Source: a virus. From it: 64,000 nt of DNA. The position numbers were made by a program, and so were the translations under genes. The notes below the pieces were generated by a model. That model was given only the letters and a program-made list of their open reading frames with translations. It made no database searches and was not told the DNA's origin. Below, piece by piece: positions 63,771 to 64,000 of the stretch (position 1 is its first letter; every line of letters begins with the position of its first letter). Location: the IMG/VR virus record IMGVR_UViG_3300023184_008416, positions 97,916-161,915 of that record; one strand, 5' to 3'.

Positions 63771-64000
63771 TTACTTCTTAAATTTGTTCAAGAATTTTAT
63801 TAGTTCGTCGTGATGAATGAAAAATCCAACATTTGGAGCTTGTTTTGTGATCCAAGAGCAGATACCAACCAAGTGGCCCTCTGCATCAAATGCTCCACCA
63901 CCTGAATTACCCATCCAGGCAGGAGATGAAACCTGCAATACTTTTGCAGATATGTCGTGGTCCCCGGCCGATGGACCTTCCATCACTCGGGTTGAAGAGA
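63771..64000 (-). CDS. Trypsin-like (S1) serine protease, C-terminal part; 5' end outside the window
   Basis: GNSGGGAFD..G.LVGI catalytic Ser motif; frame is open to the window edge. Confidence 0.8.
   Translation of the reverse strand, partial: SSTRVMEGPSAGDHDISAKVLQVSSPAWMGNSGGGAFDAEGHLVGICSWITKQAPNVGFFIHHDELIKFLNKFKK

Noticed and set aside
1-64000. Alternative genetic code (stop-codon reassignment)
   Set aside because: Conserved genes are full length in code 11, and TAA, TGA and TAG all end genes at expected positions.
1-64000. CRISPR array, tRNA or rRNA genes
   Set aside because: Intergenic gaps are short and explained by promoters and terminators; repeats found are in-frame coding repeats; no cloverleaf was recognised by eye (a tRNA scan would confirm).
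1-64000. Bacterial chromosome or prophage
   Set aside because: Housekeeping-like genes are interleaved with virion genes under phage-type promoters; there is no integrase and no ribosomal or core metabolic operon.

Overview
This 64 kb window is a segment of a large lytic contractile-tailed (myovirus-like) jumbo phage genome. It uses the standard genetic code, is densely coding and mostly + strand. From left to right: (i) a tail module (tail tube flanked by two homing endonucleases, probable head-associated proteins, a tail-assembly chaperone pair, a 1803-aa tape measure, baseplate genes); (ii) a replication/recombination block (minimal PolA-family polymerase, HD hydrolase, gp32-like SSB, RecA, dUTPase, 5'-3' exonuclease, DnaB, class II RNR, ThyX, Tmk, later DnaE); (iii) accessory genes (S66 peptidase, Hsp20, Dps-like, UDP-xylose synthase, actin-like ATPase with a membrane partner); (iv) a nucleotide-modification cluster; (v) late genes with SOD-like, PCD-like, lysis-like, GapR-like, Nudix and MBD4-like proteins. 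The best candidates for novelty are: a probable cytosine hypermodification pathway (Asp-type thymidylate-synthase homologue, second dNMP kinase, GT-B glycosyltransferase, UDP-pentose synthesis, methyltransferase); a fractured dnaB with an atypically split intein (47-aa IntN, 161-aa IntC) around a Vsr-like endonuclease; an actin plus membrane-anchor pair; a predicted +1 frameshift in the tail chaperone; shared leader/tail motifs on late proteins; and widespread leaderless promoters. All family calls come from motifs read by eye; no database search was run.
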